Below are positions 39,207 to 48,911 of a stretch of DNA of 64,000 bases, one piece after another. The position numbers and the translations under genes were made by a program. This DNA is from Phycisphaerae bacterium (GTDB lineage: Bacteria > Planctomycetota > Phycisphaerae > UBA1845), in the NCBI GenBank assembly GCA_963675765.1, contig OY776568.1:635213-699212 (forward strand). The letters are read 5' to 3'. Below the pieces are notes generated by a model. The model had not been told where the DNA came from. It saw only the letters and a program-made list of their open reading frames with translations, and made no database searches. Every line of letters starts with the position of its first letter. Positions within the stretch are counted from its first letter, which is position 1.

Positions 39207-39983
39207 ATGACAGAAACATTCTCTAGATTGGCACAGTTCATGGGCCCCGAGGCAATCGGGCGGCTGAGTAGGGCTAAGGTCGCGGTTATCGGTCTCGGCG
39301 CCGTCGGCAGCTACGCCGTCGAGGGGCTGGCACGCGCCGCCATTGGGAATCTACGCTTGGTAGACTTTGACATTGTTGAGCAAAGCAACATCAATCGCCA
39401 ACTCTACGCCCTTCACAGCACGGTAGGGCAACCCAAAACATCCGTGGCAGCTGCCCGCGTCGCTGACATCAACCCCAATTGCCACGTTGAAGCCGTCAAT
39501 GCCTTCGCTCATACCGACACCTTCAGCACGATTCTCGACTACAACCCCGATCTCATCGTAGACGCCATTGACTCATTCACCCCAAAAGTCGAACTCATCG
39601 CCGAAGCTCATCGCCGCCGCCTGCCTCTTATCTCTTCCATGGGCGCAGCCCTACGCACAGACCCAACGGCTATACGCATCGACCGTCTCAGCGCGACCCG
39701 CCATTGCCCTCTCGCCAGACGCATCCGCAAACGCCTTCGCCAACGCGGAGTACAGGCCGATCCCGTCTGCGTCTACTCTCTTGAACCCGTGTCCTACGTT
39801 GCCGGTGAAAACGTAGTGGAAATAGACGGAATAGTGCATGCAGCCCACGTCCGTGGACGCCCTCGCAGGTTGCTCGGAAGCCTGCCAACCATGACCGGCA
39901 TCTTCGGATTGGCAATGGCCAATCTGGCCATCCGAACTATCGCCGACGACAGAAAGCAGCCAGGCTCAACCACATCCTCCTGA
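39207..39983 (+). CDS. tcdA: ThiF/MoeB-family E1-like enzyme, tRNA threonylcarbamoyladenosine dehydratase (TcdA/CsdL-like)
   Basis: VAVIGLGAVGSYAVEGLARAAIGNLRLVDFDIVEQSNINRQ Rossmann ThiF signature. About 258 aa. Confidence 0.7.
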   Translation: MTETFSRLAQFMGPEAIGRLSRAKVAVIGLGAVGSYAVEGLARAAIGNLRLVDFDIVEQSNINRQLYALHSTVGQPKTSVAAARVADINPNCHVEAVNAFAHTDTFSTILDYNPDLIVDAIDSFTPKVELIAEAHRRRLPLISSMGAALRTDPTAIRIDRLSATRHCPLARRIRKRLRQRGVQADPVCVYSLEPVSYVAGENVVEIDGIVHAAHVRGRPRRLLGSLPTMTGIFGLAMANLAIRTIADDRKQPGSTTSS

Positions 39984-40081
39984 GTCACCAACAAAACGCC
40001 CATTGTATGTATTGGTTTTCTCTGAATACGACGTGACAAACAGAAGCTCGCCTCTGGGCCTCCCCCCTTATAACACTACAA

Positions 40082-40164
40082 GTCCAAACGTAGCCCAAGT
40101 ACCCACAATCTACCGGAGAAAACCGGGCGTCAAACGCTACGTTTGAATAGAGCTTGCTCTAGCC
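40082..40164 (+). repeat. Full copy (forward orientation) of the ~85-bp intergenic repeat family
   Basis: aagtccaaacgtagcccaagtacccacaatctaccggagaaaaccgggcgtcaaacgctacgtttgaatagagcttgctctag. Confidence 0.7.
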
Positions 40165-40216
40165 CGCCCAACCTTCTGCAACATCCTGGAAGTCTGATTG
40201 TGGCTTCCTTGATAGC

Positions 40217-40828
40217 CTACGCCTGCCGATGGCCGACACGTCTACTAACAAAGACCGCCAACACTAACACGCTTAGCATCGACGGTTCCGGCACAGCGGT
40301 CATTTGAAGCGTCACGATCTCGCCCGGGTAGCTAGTGTCTGAACTCCCGAATTCCCACTGGAAAGAAACGTCATCGTCGGGTTGAAGCCACGGGTCATCC
40401 AATACATGTCCGCCTGTCGAACGGCCAACATAACCGGTGCCACCGCCAATCCAAACGACGCACGCCCAGTAAGCAGTATTCGCATCCAACGTCAGTGGCG
40501 ATGACTCGAACAGGACGTCGGTCCACGCTTCGTTCGTTACGTCCTGCGCCTCGGACTGATACAACGTACCTTCATCGCCGGCTATCCGAAGACCTACTGA
40601 CATCGGCTCCCCGCTTCCACGCTGCATCGGAATCACAACCTGCGTCAATGACAACGAGCCATCCGCTGCAGTCGTAAAGCGTGTGCCGACAACAGCTGTT
40701 ACATTGCTCATGAAGAACGAACTGTCGCGATAGCTCAAGGTATCCGCCACTATTTCGGCTGTACATGTCTTGGAGAAAACAAGAGCACATAGCCCCGCAA
40801 GCAATAGTCTTATCGTTAGGATACGCAT
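40217..40828 (-). CDS. PEP-CTERM sorting-domain secreted protein
   Basis: Signal peptide MRILTIRLLLAGLCALVFSKTCTA. C-terminus VPEPSMLSVLVLAVFVSRRV is a PEP motif, TM helix and basic tail. ATG at 40826-40828. Confidence 0.7.
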   Translation of the reverse strand: MRILTIRLLLAGLCALVFSKTCTAEIVADTLSYRDSSFFMSNVTAVVGTRFTTAADGSLSLTQVVIPMQRGSGEPMSVGLRIAGDEGTLYQSEAQDVTNEAWTDVLFESSPLTLDANTAYWACVVWIGGGTGYVGRSTGGHVLDDPWLQPDDDVSFQWEFGSSDTSYPGEIVTLQMTAVPEPSMLSVLVLAVFVSRRVGHRQA

Positions 40829-41290
40829 CACCAAGCCCCTCCAGCGATATGATCGAACATCTACATGAACCAACGCTCTCCCCAGAACCATCGCTCGTTC
40901 ACACTGCCGAACGACGTCAACACCATTGTACCTGTTTCCGACCTCGGCAAGCAAGAATACGGTCTGAAACCGCTCCGACATCGTTGCCGCACAAGTACTT
41001 ATGTGTTTCACCAATACCGCGTCTACAACATCTTGTGCCGTATTTGAGAACTCGCAGAAAAGCATCCCCTTATGCGATTCGCCCACTATGCCCCTGTTAT
41101 GCTGCATGCTTGTTGTACATCAAAGCCCAATCTTAACAGAAACCCAAAAGCGAATTCGATGAATGTCCAAGCAAGTCTCCATCGAAAAGACAGCACGAAT
41201 TCAATGAAAATCGCTCTTGAAGCATGCATGCCAGTAGATACAAGCCGTGCCGGGAAATCGGCACCCATACAACACTGGTTCGCCGAGTAC

Positions 41291-42881
41291 CTAGCACGAC
41301 AACGCGGGTTAGGCTCAAGGAAGTGATACTGTTTATCCGATAAGTGCTCCAGCGCTGGTAAAGCTGGAGGGCATGAACATGGATGTTCGTATCATTGGTC
41401 GATTGGCGGGGGAGTTGGATCGGTTCCTGGGTCTGTTTCGTGATTGCTTCGCCCGTAGCGAAGGTCGTGAGCATTTGCGGCGGTACGTGCGTAGCCAACT
41501 TTCGGGCATTGAGCGGAAAAGCGTGGAGCCGATGGCCGATGCCCTTGGGGTACCGGCCAGGACATTGCAGGATTTTCTCGCTACGCACACCTGGAATCAC
41601 GAACGTGCCCTTGATCGATTACAGGAGCTGGTTGCCGAATCGCACCATTGCGATGATGCGATTGGCTTGATCGACGAGACAAGTTTCCCGAAACGCGGAG
41701 ACAAGACCGCAGGTGTACGCCGTCAATACTGTGGTGCTACCGGAAAGATCGACAATTGCGTGGTGTCCGTGGGCCTTGGATATGCCGACCTGCGTGGCCG
41801 GTTCCGTTGCACGCTCGATCATCGCATATTCCTTCCGGAATCATGGGCCGACGACCGTAAGCGCTGTCGCGAAGCTCATGTTCCCGACGATCTTACCCAC
41901 CAACCGAAGTGGAAGATTGCCTTGGATATGCTCGAGCGATGCCAGGGCAACGGCATTCGCTTTAAGTGGCTGACTTTCGATGAAGGTTACGGCCGCAATG
42001 CCAGATTCCTGGAAACATTACACAAGATGGGTCAGACCTACGTGGCTGAGGTGCCGAAGTCGTTTACCGGCTGGCTCGTCGAACCCAAGGTATTACAGAA
42101 GAACCATCACGCTCGCGCAAACGGTCGTCCCAAGCGTTATCCCCGGTTGGCAGCTCAGTCGAGCAAGCCCCATCGCGTAGATCGGTTGTGTACGTATTCC
42201 TATGCCATACGCGATCAGGATTGGCAAGACTACCACATCAAGAACGGTCACAAAGGACCGATCATCTGGCGAGCCAAAGCGGCGCGATTTCGATTGAACG
42301 TCTGTCCGGAAGATGCAGGTCGCAGCTTCACGTTACCATCTGCACCGGCATGGTTGGTCTATGCTGAGCACCCGGTAACTGGTGAAATCAAGTACTTCGT
42401 TTCCAACGCCTCGGCGACAACGCCGTTGACACGACTTTTGCACGTAGCGTTCTCGCGTTGGCACATCGAGCGATGCTTCCAGGACGAAAAGAGTTTGCTC
42501 GGGTTAGATCAATTCGAGGTAAGGCGATTTCAGGCAATCCAGCGGCATTTCATACTCACGGTGATCAGCCATCTCTTCCTTGCAAGAACTAAACTAAAGC
42601 TGGAACAAAACGCTGAGACGAACGGGGGAAAAAAGCCTGACACTCCGCCAACTTCGGCGAGCGACAGAGGCGTCCGTTCAAGCGAGACGAATGACTCGCA
42701 AAGCTCGACGAACACTGTTTACTAAGGTTGCTGAACACATCAGCATTACCCAGCAGCGAAACGCCAAAGCCCGTCAATCACATCAACGAAGAAGATTGCG
42801 TGAATTACATGCATTGGGAATTACAGTTAAAAACTGCAAACGCTGTATTCCACCCGAAACGTAACCCGCGTTGTCGTGCTA
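41291..42881 (+). mobile_element. IS701-family insertion sequence (~1.59 kb)
   Basis: 21-bp terminal inverted repeats CTAGCACGACAACGCGGGTTA (41291-41311) and TAACCCGCGTTGTCGTGCTAG (42862-42882) enclose one DDE transposase ORF. Confidence 0.8.
41373..42725 (+). CDS. IS701-family (IS4-superfamily) DDE transposase
   Basis: N-terminal block SGIERKSVEPMADALG ... IDETSFPKRGDKTAGVRRQYCG is typical of IS701/ISAzba-type transposases. Confidence 0.85.
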   Translation: MNMDVRIIGRLAGELDRFLGLFRDCFARSEGREHLRRYVRSQLSGIERKSVEPMADALGVPARTLQDFLATHTWNHERALDRLQELVAESHHCDDAIGLIDETSFPKRGDKTAGVRRQYCGATGKIDNCVVSVGLGYADLRGRFRCTLDHRIFLPESWADDRKRCREAHVPDDLTHQPKWKIALDMLERCQGNGIRFKWLTFDEGYGRNARFLETLHKMGQTYVAEVPKSFTGWLVEPKVLQKNHHARANGRPKRYPRLAAQSSKPHRVDRLCTYSYAIRDQDWQDYHIKNGHKGPIIWRAKAARFRLNVCPEDAGRSFTLPSAPAWLVYAEHPVTGEIKYFVSNASATTPLTRLLHVAFSRWHIERCFQDEKSLLGLDQFEVRRFQAIQRHFILTVISHLFLARTKLKLEQNAETNGGKKPDTPPTSASDRGVRSSETNDSQSSTNTVY

Positions 42882-42931
42882 GAACCTATCCCATTACCTG
42901 GTTTAACCGCATAAGAGTACTATAATTATGT

Positions 42932-43532
42932 ATGCTAAAACTTACCGAAGAACAATTAGATTGGTTGACTGAGCAGATTCCTCATCACACTCCGAGCCCC
43001 AAGGGAGGTCGGCCCCCGATGGATAAGCGAAAGGCCATTCAGGGAGTTTTTTGGATTCTCGACAATGGGGCAAAATGGAAAGATCTTCCAAAGCGGTTCG
43101 GCTCCAAGAGCGCTGTTCATCGATGGTTCAAGTTCTGGGTTGAAAACGGCGTATTCGAGAACATTATGCGTAATGCTGGTGAATTAGTTGAAGAGCATGA
43201 CGGCTATCGAGTGTATGAATGTTATATCGATGGAACATTCAGCAAAGCCCGCGGAGGTGGTGACGGAATAGGCAAGACAAAGGCCGGAAAAGGCGTAAAA
43301 ATAATGGTTTTAGTAGATGCTAAGGGGCTTCCAATAGCAATTGATACTATGTCGGCTACGCCTCATGAAAACCAACTCGTTCAACCGCTTTTCGACTTCA
43401 TGCTTACGAATGAGAAACCGGAGCGGATCATAGGTGATAAAGCTTATGATAGTGATCGACTTGACGCTGAACTTGAAGCCCAGGGTATCGAAATGATTGC
43501 TCCGCATCGTAGGAACCGCAAAGCAGAAAAAA
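42932..43532 (+). pseudogene. IS5-family transposase, N-terminal fragment (disrupted after ...APHRRNRKAEK)
   Basis: MLKLTEEQLDWLTEQIPHHTPSPKGGRPPMDKRKAIQGVFWILDNGAKWKDLPKRFG is a DDE_Tnp_1 N-domain. The reading frame runs into ISL3 sequence at about 43533. Confidence 0.75.
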
Positions 43533-45071
43533 GCCTCGTCACCAGAATTCGTGAAGTGTTTTTGGTTCGGGAAGTTTCGCTAACCCATGATATAAAGCTA
43601 TTTCTGCCGCTTGAAGGCTTTTGAAACCGTATGCTTTTCTGATGGTCAGTTTGACTCGGTTGTTCATTCCCTCCACGATTCCGCTGGAGTACTCCTTTCG
43701 AGCGGTAAACCAGTTGAGTATGAGTTTTCGATGCTTGCGTATGGCCTTAGCCACTTTCACAATCGGAGTCAACCTGCTTCGCATTGCTCGTTGAATCCAA
43801 CTTTCCAGAAACACGCCTGCCCAATGGAGAGATTGATATTCCCATAACATCTGAAAGCTCTCTTTGAGCATATACGCTTTCATCGTCTTGAGGCTGTAAC
43901 ACATCAGATCTTCAAGCCGAGCTTTTTGCCTGGCCGTAAGATTGGCCACCCGTTTCAGCAGGCACCAGCGACTGTACTTGAGTACCGGTTCGTACCCCTT
44001 GGCGGCCAACTCCTTAACTTCCGCTGCACGAACTTCGTCCACGGCCTTGTTGAGCTTGGCCACGATGTGAAATCTATCGAGAATATGAAGAGCATGTGAT
44101 GCCTTCTTGCGAACCACTTTCAAGTACGGCTTCCACATGTCGCTGCAGATGTACCTGATTCGGGCAGTTCGCTCTTTCCCTATCGTTCTGAAAAAACGTA
44201 ACAGTGTCTTTGAGGATCGATCCTGACCTATCCACAGCAAACGCCGGCATGATGCGTCGATCTGATAAACCACGGTCAGATACTTATGCCCTCTCTGGAA
44301 CTGCACTTCATCTACGCCGATGGCCGTTACACCGCTCAAATCCCTGTGTTTCAAGCCATATTCGACCACCCAGCTCACTGAACGAAACACAGTGCTCCAA
44401 CTGGTATTGAAGACGTCTGCCACTTCTTTCCAACTAAGCCGACGAGCCCAGTTGGCCAGGAACATCATATGGGCGTTGGTAATTTGCTTCTTTCCACTAG
44501 CCCAAGGTAGCAACTCAACTTTGACTCCGCACTCTTTACACCGAACTCGGCGAGGTGCATACAGTAGGACCACGCTGAGTGCCCACAATGGAACAAAGTC
44601 GAATGATCGTTGTGGCAGTCGATCATGGGTACTTCCTCGCTTTCCACATCCGGAGCAGTAAGGTCGTGATCCGAGTCGGGGTCGAACTTCCACTTCGATT
44701 GTTGAGTCTGAAGATTCGGAAAATCGAACCGTTTCGTAAACAAAACCCTTGACTTTATGAACGCGATTTAAGAGAGTCTTTACTTGCATCGTTTGGGTCT
44801 TCGTGTTGGTGTCTTCGCAAACAACAACTTATCGGAGTCCCGAACGATGTTCTATTGTATATCCATAACCCCAATCGATCTTTGTCAGGCTAATCCTTCT
44901 TCCCAGATATGTTAAGCGTTCCCAAGCCCCTGTAGCTCCGTCACTTTCGGCGTCGGTTGCACCCGCACTTGGCCGACGTCGAAGGGGACGGTGCGGAAGG
45001 GGCTACCCCTACCAGCTCCCGAGCCGGAGGCCGAGGCATTCAATTCACTTCCACAAATTCTGCGGAAGAAC
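43533..45071 (-). mobile_element. ISL3-family insertion sequence nested inside the IS5 transposase gene
   Basis: Imperfect inverted repeats tCACCAGAATTCGTGAAGTG (left) and CACTTCCACAAATTCTGCGG (45046-45065). Flanking near-identical 8-bp duplication CAGAAAAA / CAGAAAAT, the TSD size typical of ISL3. Confidence 0.7.
43539..44789 (-). CDS. ISL3-family transposase
   Basis: Zn-finger N-terminus CSGCGKRGSTHDRLPQR...VRCKECGVKVELLPWA and the conserved core YLTVVYQIDASCRRLLWIGQDRS. Confidence 0.85.
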   Translation of the reverse strand: MQVKTLLNRVHKVKGFVYETVRFSESSDSTIEVEVRPRLGSRPYCSGCGKRGSTHDRLPQRSFDFVPLWALSVVLLYAPRRVRCKECGVKVELLPWASGKKQITNAHMMFLANWARRLSWKEVADVFNTSWSTVFRSVSWVVEYGLKHRDLSGVTAIGVDEVQFQRGHKYLTVVYQIDASCRRLLWIGQDRSSKTLLRFFRTIGKERTARIRYICSDMWKPYLKVVRKKASHALHILDRFHIVAKLNKAVDEVRAAEVKELAAKGYEPVLKYSRWCLLKRVANLTARQKARLEDLMCYSLKTMKAYMLKESFQMLWEYQSLHWAGVFLESWIQRAMRSRLTPIVKVAKAIRKHRKLILNWFTARKEYSSGIVEGMNNRVKLTIRKAYGFKSLQAAEIALYHGLAKLPEPKTLHEFW

Positions 45072-45259
45072 CAGAAAATAAAACTCAGGATGGCCGACCT
45101 TTGCGAAGATACAAAAGACGATGGACTGTTGAACGAACGATAGCCTGGATTCAACACTATCGTCGACTATGTATACGATGGGAGAAATCTACATTGCTCT
45201 TTCAGGGATTTCTACACTTCGGATGTACCTTATTATTGCTTAAAGAGGTTTTGGGATAG
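45072..45259 (+). pseudogene. IS5-family transposase, C-terminal fragment
   Basis: KTQDGRPLRRYKRRWTVERTIAWIQHYRRLCIRWEKS matches the conserved IS5 C-terminal motif (RRYxxRWxVERxFAWL). The stop lies inside the IS5 right inverted repeat. Confidence 0.75.
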
Positions 45260-45262
45260 GTT

Positions 45263-45345
45263 CTACTATCAGAAACAGGCAAGCCTGCCACCCAGCCCGG
45301 TCTACTCCGGCAGATTCTCTGTGTTCGACGCTACACTTGGACTTG
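45263..45345 (-). repeat. Copy of the intergenic repeat family (reverse orientation; left third diverged), immediately abutting the IS5/IS701 cluster
   Basis: ccggcagattctctgtgttcgacgctacacttggacttg matches the family core. Confidence 0.55.
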
Positions 45346-45470
45346 CAATGCTGAATCGCCGGCAGGGAATTATCTCTTCGTCGGCGACACTCCGTACCCG
45401 GCGCAAGAAGAAGGCGACACCCTAACAGCATCGCCTTTGAAATCACATCTTCGTTGGATAATAGAAAAAC

Positions 45471-46079
45471 CTATCGGCCGTAATACTCAATGATCAGGCC
45501 GAATTCGACCTCGAACGGCAACCTGACATCTTCAGGAGCCGGCATGCGAACAACGCGGGCCTCAAGTTTGTTCTCTTCAACAGACAGCCATTCCGGCGCC
45601 AACGGACCCTCGCATGTCTCTGCACAGGAGTTCACGAAGTTCTTGCTTCGATCTTTCACCGTAATCACATCGCCGACTCTCACCTGGAATGACGGGCGAT
45701 CGACCTTGCGACCGTTAATGAGAAAGTGCCCATGAGCAACAGCCTGACGAGCCTGCCATATCGTGCGTGCCCAACCCAGTCGGCGCACCACGTTGTCCAA
45801 ACGGCTCTCGAGCTGCTCCTGGATCACTGTAACGGTATCGCGACGCGCAGAGGAAGCATTCGACATATACTTGCGCAGCTGCCCATCTCGCACGTTGTAG
45901 TAGCACGCAATCTTCTGCTTCTCAGCAAGCTGCCGACCGTACAGGCTCGGCCTTCCACGGCGATAGCCGTGCATGCCCGGACGGCTCGCGCGACGCGGGT
46001 TAAGATGCTTTGCAGTTTCGCAAATGGGTGCGCCCAAACGGCGGCTCAGTCGAACTTTCGGTCCAGTGTAGTTGCCCAT
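45471..46079 (-). CDS. rpsD: Ribosomal protein S4
   Basis: MGNYTGPKVRLSRRLGAPI ... S4 domain RLDNVVRRLGWARTIWQARQAVAHGHFLINGRKV. Confidence 0.9.
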   Translation of the reverse strand: MGNYTGPKVRLSRRLGAPICETAKHLNPRRASRPGMHGYRRGRPSLYGRQLAEKQKIACYYNVRDGQLRKYMSNASSARRDTVTVIQEQLESRLDNVVRRLGWARTIWQARQAVAHGHFLINGRKVDRPSFQVRVGDVITVKDRSKNFVNSCAETCEGPLAPEWLSVEENKLEARVVRMPAPEDVRLPFEVEFGLIIEYYGR

Positions 46080-46367
46080 AATTCGAAGAGGTCCTTACTA
46101 GTACTCCAGTGCCGCACCCAAAGCGCGGTAGTTTCCACAACAATACCCGACAACAAAGCGCCCCAGTCAGCCCGACAGCTGAAAACGACCTGCTAAGCCT
46201 CACATGGGACAGAACGATGTATGATAACGGCAGCTTGCCCGCGGTCAATGGGCCCACCACCGGCAAATCCAACCTCTCACTCCTCCCACACACAGAGCAA
46301 CCTATCCTCCGAACGTCTCCCCAGGTTATCACCAGAGTTGGCCCAATGCACACAGACTATAGCGTTA

Positions 46368-46452
46368 TAAGTCCGAGCATAGCGTCAAACCCCCGAAACC
46401 TGCCGGAGAGAACAGGCGGCCAGCCGCGACACTTGAATAGAGCTTGCGCTAG
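46368..46452 (+). repeat. Full copy (forward) of the intergenic repeat family, overlapping the deaminase stop codon
   Basis: taagtccgagcatagcgtcaaacccccgaaacctgccggagagaacaggcggccagccgcgacacttgaatagagcttgcgctag. Confidence 0.65.
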
Positions 46453-46886
46453 ACGCCAATATCCTCGCTCCACAATGCTGGATTAGCGTCGATGAACTGT
46501 TTCATGAGTTGAACGCACTCATCGCTGTCAACAACCACCACCTCCACCCCTCTCATGCGAAGATACTCCTCCGGCCCCTGAAACGTCCTATTCTCTCCCA
46601 CGACAATCCTCGGGACTCCGTACAGCAAGGCAGTCCCACTACACATGTCACACGGAGATAGAGTCGAATAGAGAGTGCATCGGCGGTAATCCGAAGCCTT
46701 CAAACGGCCGGCGTTCTCAAAGCAGTCCATTTCCGCATGCAGAATGGCGCTCTGCCGCTGTACGCGACGGTTGTGGCCCCGTCCTATAATCTGCCCATCA
46801 AGAACCAGAACCGATCCAATCGGTATCCCGCCCTCCTCAAGGCCAATCTTCGCTTCATCAACAGCCGCTCGCAGGAACGAGTCCAT
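46449..46886 (-). CDS. CDA-fold nucleoside/nucleotide deaminase (cytosine/guanine/tRNA-adenosine deaminase family)
   Basis: Zinc ligands HAEMDCFENA and LSPCDMC (H(A)E...PCxxC). Confidence 0.75.
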   Translation of the reverse strand: MDSFLRAAVDEAKIGLEEGGIPIGSVLVLDGQIIGRGHNRRVQRQSAILHAEMDCFENAGRLKASDYRRCTLYSTLSPCDMCSGTALLYGVPRIVVGENRTFQGPEEYLRMRGVEVVVVDSDECVQLMKQFIDANPALWSEDIGV

Positions 46887-47021
46887 TTCTCAACCTCCAC
46901 GCTACCTGACTTGCCCTAACGTACTGACACGAGAGCGAGCCACCTCCGCCATCGGAAGCGGCTCGCCGCTGCCATCACAAAGCAAAAACCTTTACCCACC
47001 AACTGGCGGCATTGTTCACAT

Positions 47022-47939
47022 CTACTCCGTCGCGTCAGGCGCCCCCAGATCCACTACCGGAACCATCTGCTCAGGACCAACCTCATCCCCTGCCGCCTCC
47101 GGCAAACGCGTATCTGAAACCGCCGACGTATCAAAGTCAGACATTCCCTTGGTCAACTCATGAATCCTCCGCGTTGCAAACGCACTGTTCAGCTTGTTGA
47201 CCGACTCCTCCGCAAGAACGCGATGGTAAAACTCCAATGCCGTGGCTCTATCGTGAAGACGGAAATCGTAAACAACCGCTGAATTGAACAACGCCGGATG
47301 CGGCGTATTGGGATTCCACTGCTTTGCCCGCTCATACCAGCGAACAGCCATCTGCTCCTGGTCCTTGAAGTACTCCTTGAGAATCTCGCCACAGCAGAAC
47401 GCCGCATCGTCGATCTTGTCGCTCGCCGGGTACTTGGTAATCATCTCAACAAACACGGCCAACGCCTCTCGCATCAGATCCTGCCGATACAACGCCGGAA
47501 CGCCGTGCCCGCCATCACGCATCAGCTTCAATCCCTTCTCGTACATCTCGTCAGCCTGAGCTATTGACTCAGTCGGCCTCAGCGAACTAACCGGCACTTC
47601 CGCGGACAGAATGTATTTGAACGGCTTAACGCGCTGCAAATCGTGCAGTTCCGCTTCCGCCCACTTCCGCTTGGTGTGATAGCCCTTCTCCTCATAATAA
47701 TCCCTAAGCAAAGCCAGCGTTTTGGCGTATTGGGCCCTGTACGTCAGTACGTTCTCAACTATGTCCACTTCGCGAACATCAACAATCTGAATATCCGGAA
47801 CCGTTATGCCCTCAGGAGCAATCCTGCTTGTAACCGGGGCCTGTGGCTGATTGGTGTTGATCCACATCTGCTCCGTATTGCAGCCCGTGACAGCGATAGC
47901 CGCCAACGCGAAAAACACAACTAAAGTATGCCGTAACAT
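47022..47939 (-). CDS. TPR-like lipoprotein (hypothetical)
   Basis: Lipobox LAAIAVTGC after MLRHTLVVFFA. The helical repeats look TPR-like. ATG at 47937-47939, so the upstream extension in the track is unlikely. Confidence 0.5.
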   Translation of the reverse strand: MLRHTLVVFFALAAIAVTGCNTEQMWINTNQPQAPVTSRIAPEGITVPDIQIVDVREVDIVENVLTYRAQYAKTLALLRDYYEEKGYHTKRKWAEAELHDLQRVKPFKYILSAEVPVSSLRPTESIAQADEMYEKGLKLMRDGGHGVPALYRQDLMREALAVFVEMITKYPASDKIDDAAFCCGEILKEYFKDQEQMAVRWYERAKQWNPNTPHPALFNSAVVYDFRLHDRATALEFYHRVLAEESVNKLNSAFATRRIHELTKGMSDFDTSAVSDTRLPEAAGDEVGPEQMVPVVDLGAPDATE

Positions 47940-48135
47940 TAGGCCTCTCCTTGGCGAGATGACAGGGATTCTCCCTGCCTGTACGTGTGGTGGTTTCAGT
48001 CCTTTCGAACCTTGATTAGAACAACCGGCACACAACGAGTCAAGAAGGGGTAGCCCCTAATCACTTGTGACACAACAGATATGAACTGCCCACCAATTCT
48101 GCCGAAAAATCCGGAAGAAACGCCCTCCAACACCG

Positions 48136-48870
48136 TTACCACTGCGCCTCCTCAAACGCGCCCAGCTTGGCTACCGACTTTGCCGGCCGCGCTTTCATGA
48201 TCGCTCCTGCCAATGTCATGTCAGCCTTAGTTGTGATTTTAATGTTCGTCCCGTCGGATTTCACAACCGTCACCGGCTGACCGACTGATTCCACAAGCTG
48301 CGCATCATCAGTGACTTGCGCGCCGTCCTCAGCCAGCTTGGAATATACCTCTTTGAGAAGCGAAGCCTTGAACACTTGCGGCGTCTGCGCTTCGTACAGT
48401 GATTCCCTCGATACCGTCTCGTCAATCACGCCCGACTCCGCGACTCGCTTGATCGTGCCGAATATCGGTGACGCAAGGATCGCCGCTCCGCTCTTCGCCG
48501 CTTCGCCAAACACCTCGTCAATCATCTTCTCTGTCACGCACGGACGCACCGCATCATGCACCGCAATCAACTCAGCCTCAGCAGATACTTCCACCAACCC
48601 TTTGCCCACCGACTGCCACCTCTCATCACCACCCTCGACCAGCTTCACCCCCATGAAACCAAGGTTCGGGCCGTACTTGCTCTTCATCTCCTCCATCTCG
48701 CTCGGCGGCACCACCAAAATCGTCTGGATCACATCCTCACGATTAATGAACATCTCCAGCGTCCTTATGAACACCGGACGACCATCAAGCTTAGCCAACG
48801 TCTTGCTCTCACCTGCCCCAAAACGCTCCCCCTTCCCCGCCGCCGGCACTACCACCGCTACCTTGGCCAT
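48136..48870 (-). CDS. ispD: 2-C-methyl-D-erythritol 4-phosphate cytidylyltransferase
   Basis: VAVVVPAAGKGERFG ... IAVHDAVRPCV. Confidence 0.85.
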   Translation of the reverse strand: MAKVAVVVPAAGKGERFGAGESKTLAKLDGRPVFIRTLEMFINREDVIQTILVVPPSEMEEMKSKYGPNLGFMGVKLVEGGDERWQSVGKGLVEVSAEAELIAVHDAVRPCVTEKMIDEVFGEAAKSGAAILASPIFGTIKRVAESGVIDETVSRESLYEAQTPQVFKASLLKEVYSKLAEDGAQVTDDAQLVESVGQPVTVVKSDGTNIKITTKADMTLAGAIMKARPAKSVAKLGAFEEAQW

Positions 48871-48911
48871 CTTTCTCTAACTCCTTGCACAACCTACTCG
48901 CCAAACGCCGA

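Larger units (their letters stand above)
42882..45265 (+). mobile_element. IS5-family (IS427/ISL2-like) element, transposase gene interrupted by a nested ISL3 insertion
   Basis: Inverted repeats GAACCTATCCC (42882-42892) and GGGATAGGTTC (45253-45263) flanked by TA/TA. It abuts the IS701 right terminus. The length without the ISL3 is about 0.85 kb. Confidence 0.7.

Noticed and set aside
40829-41107. N-terminal 93-aa extension of the PEP-CTERM protein ORF. Similar upstream extensions occur at 47940-48035, 50097-50270, 51936-52070 and 28943-29071.
   Set aside because: In each case an internal ATG immediately precedes a clear signal peptide or the conserved family N-terminus. The extensions have no similarity, and some overlap repeat copies.
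41286-41294. Target-site duplication for the IS701 element.
   Set aside because: The flanks gagtac and aaccta give no convincing 4-bp duplication. The right terminus was also remodelled by the IS5 insertion, so no TSD is claimed.
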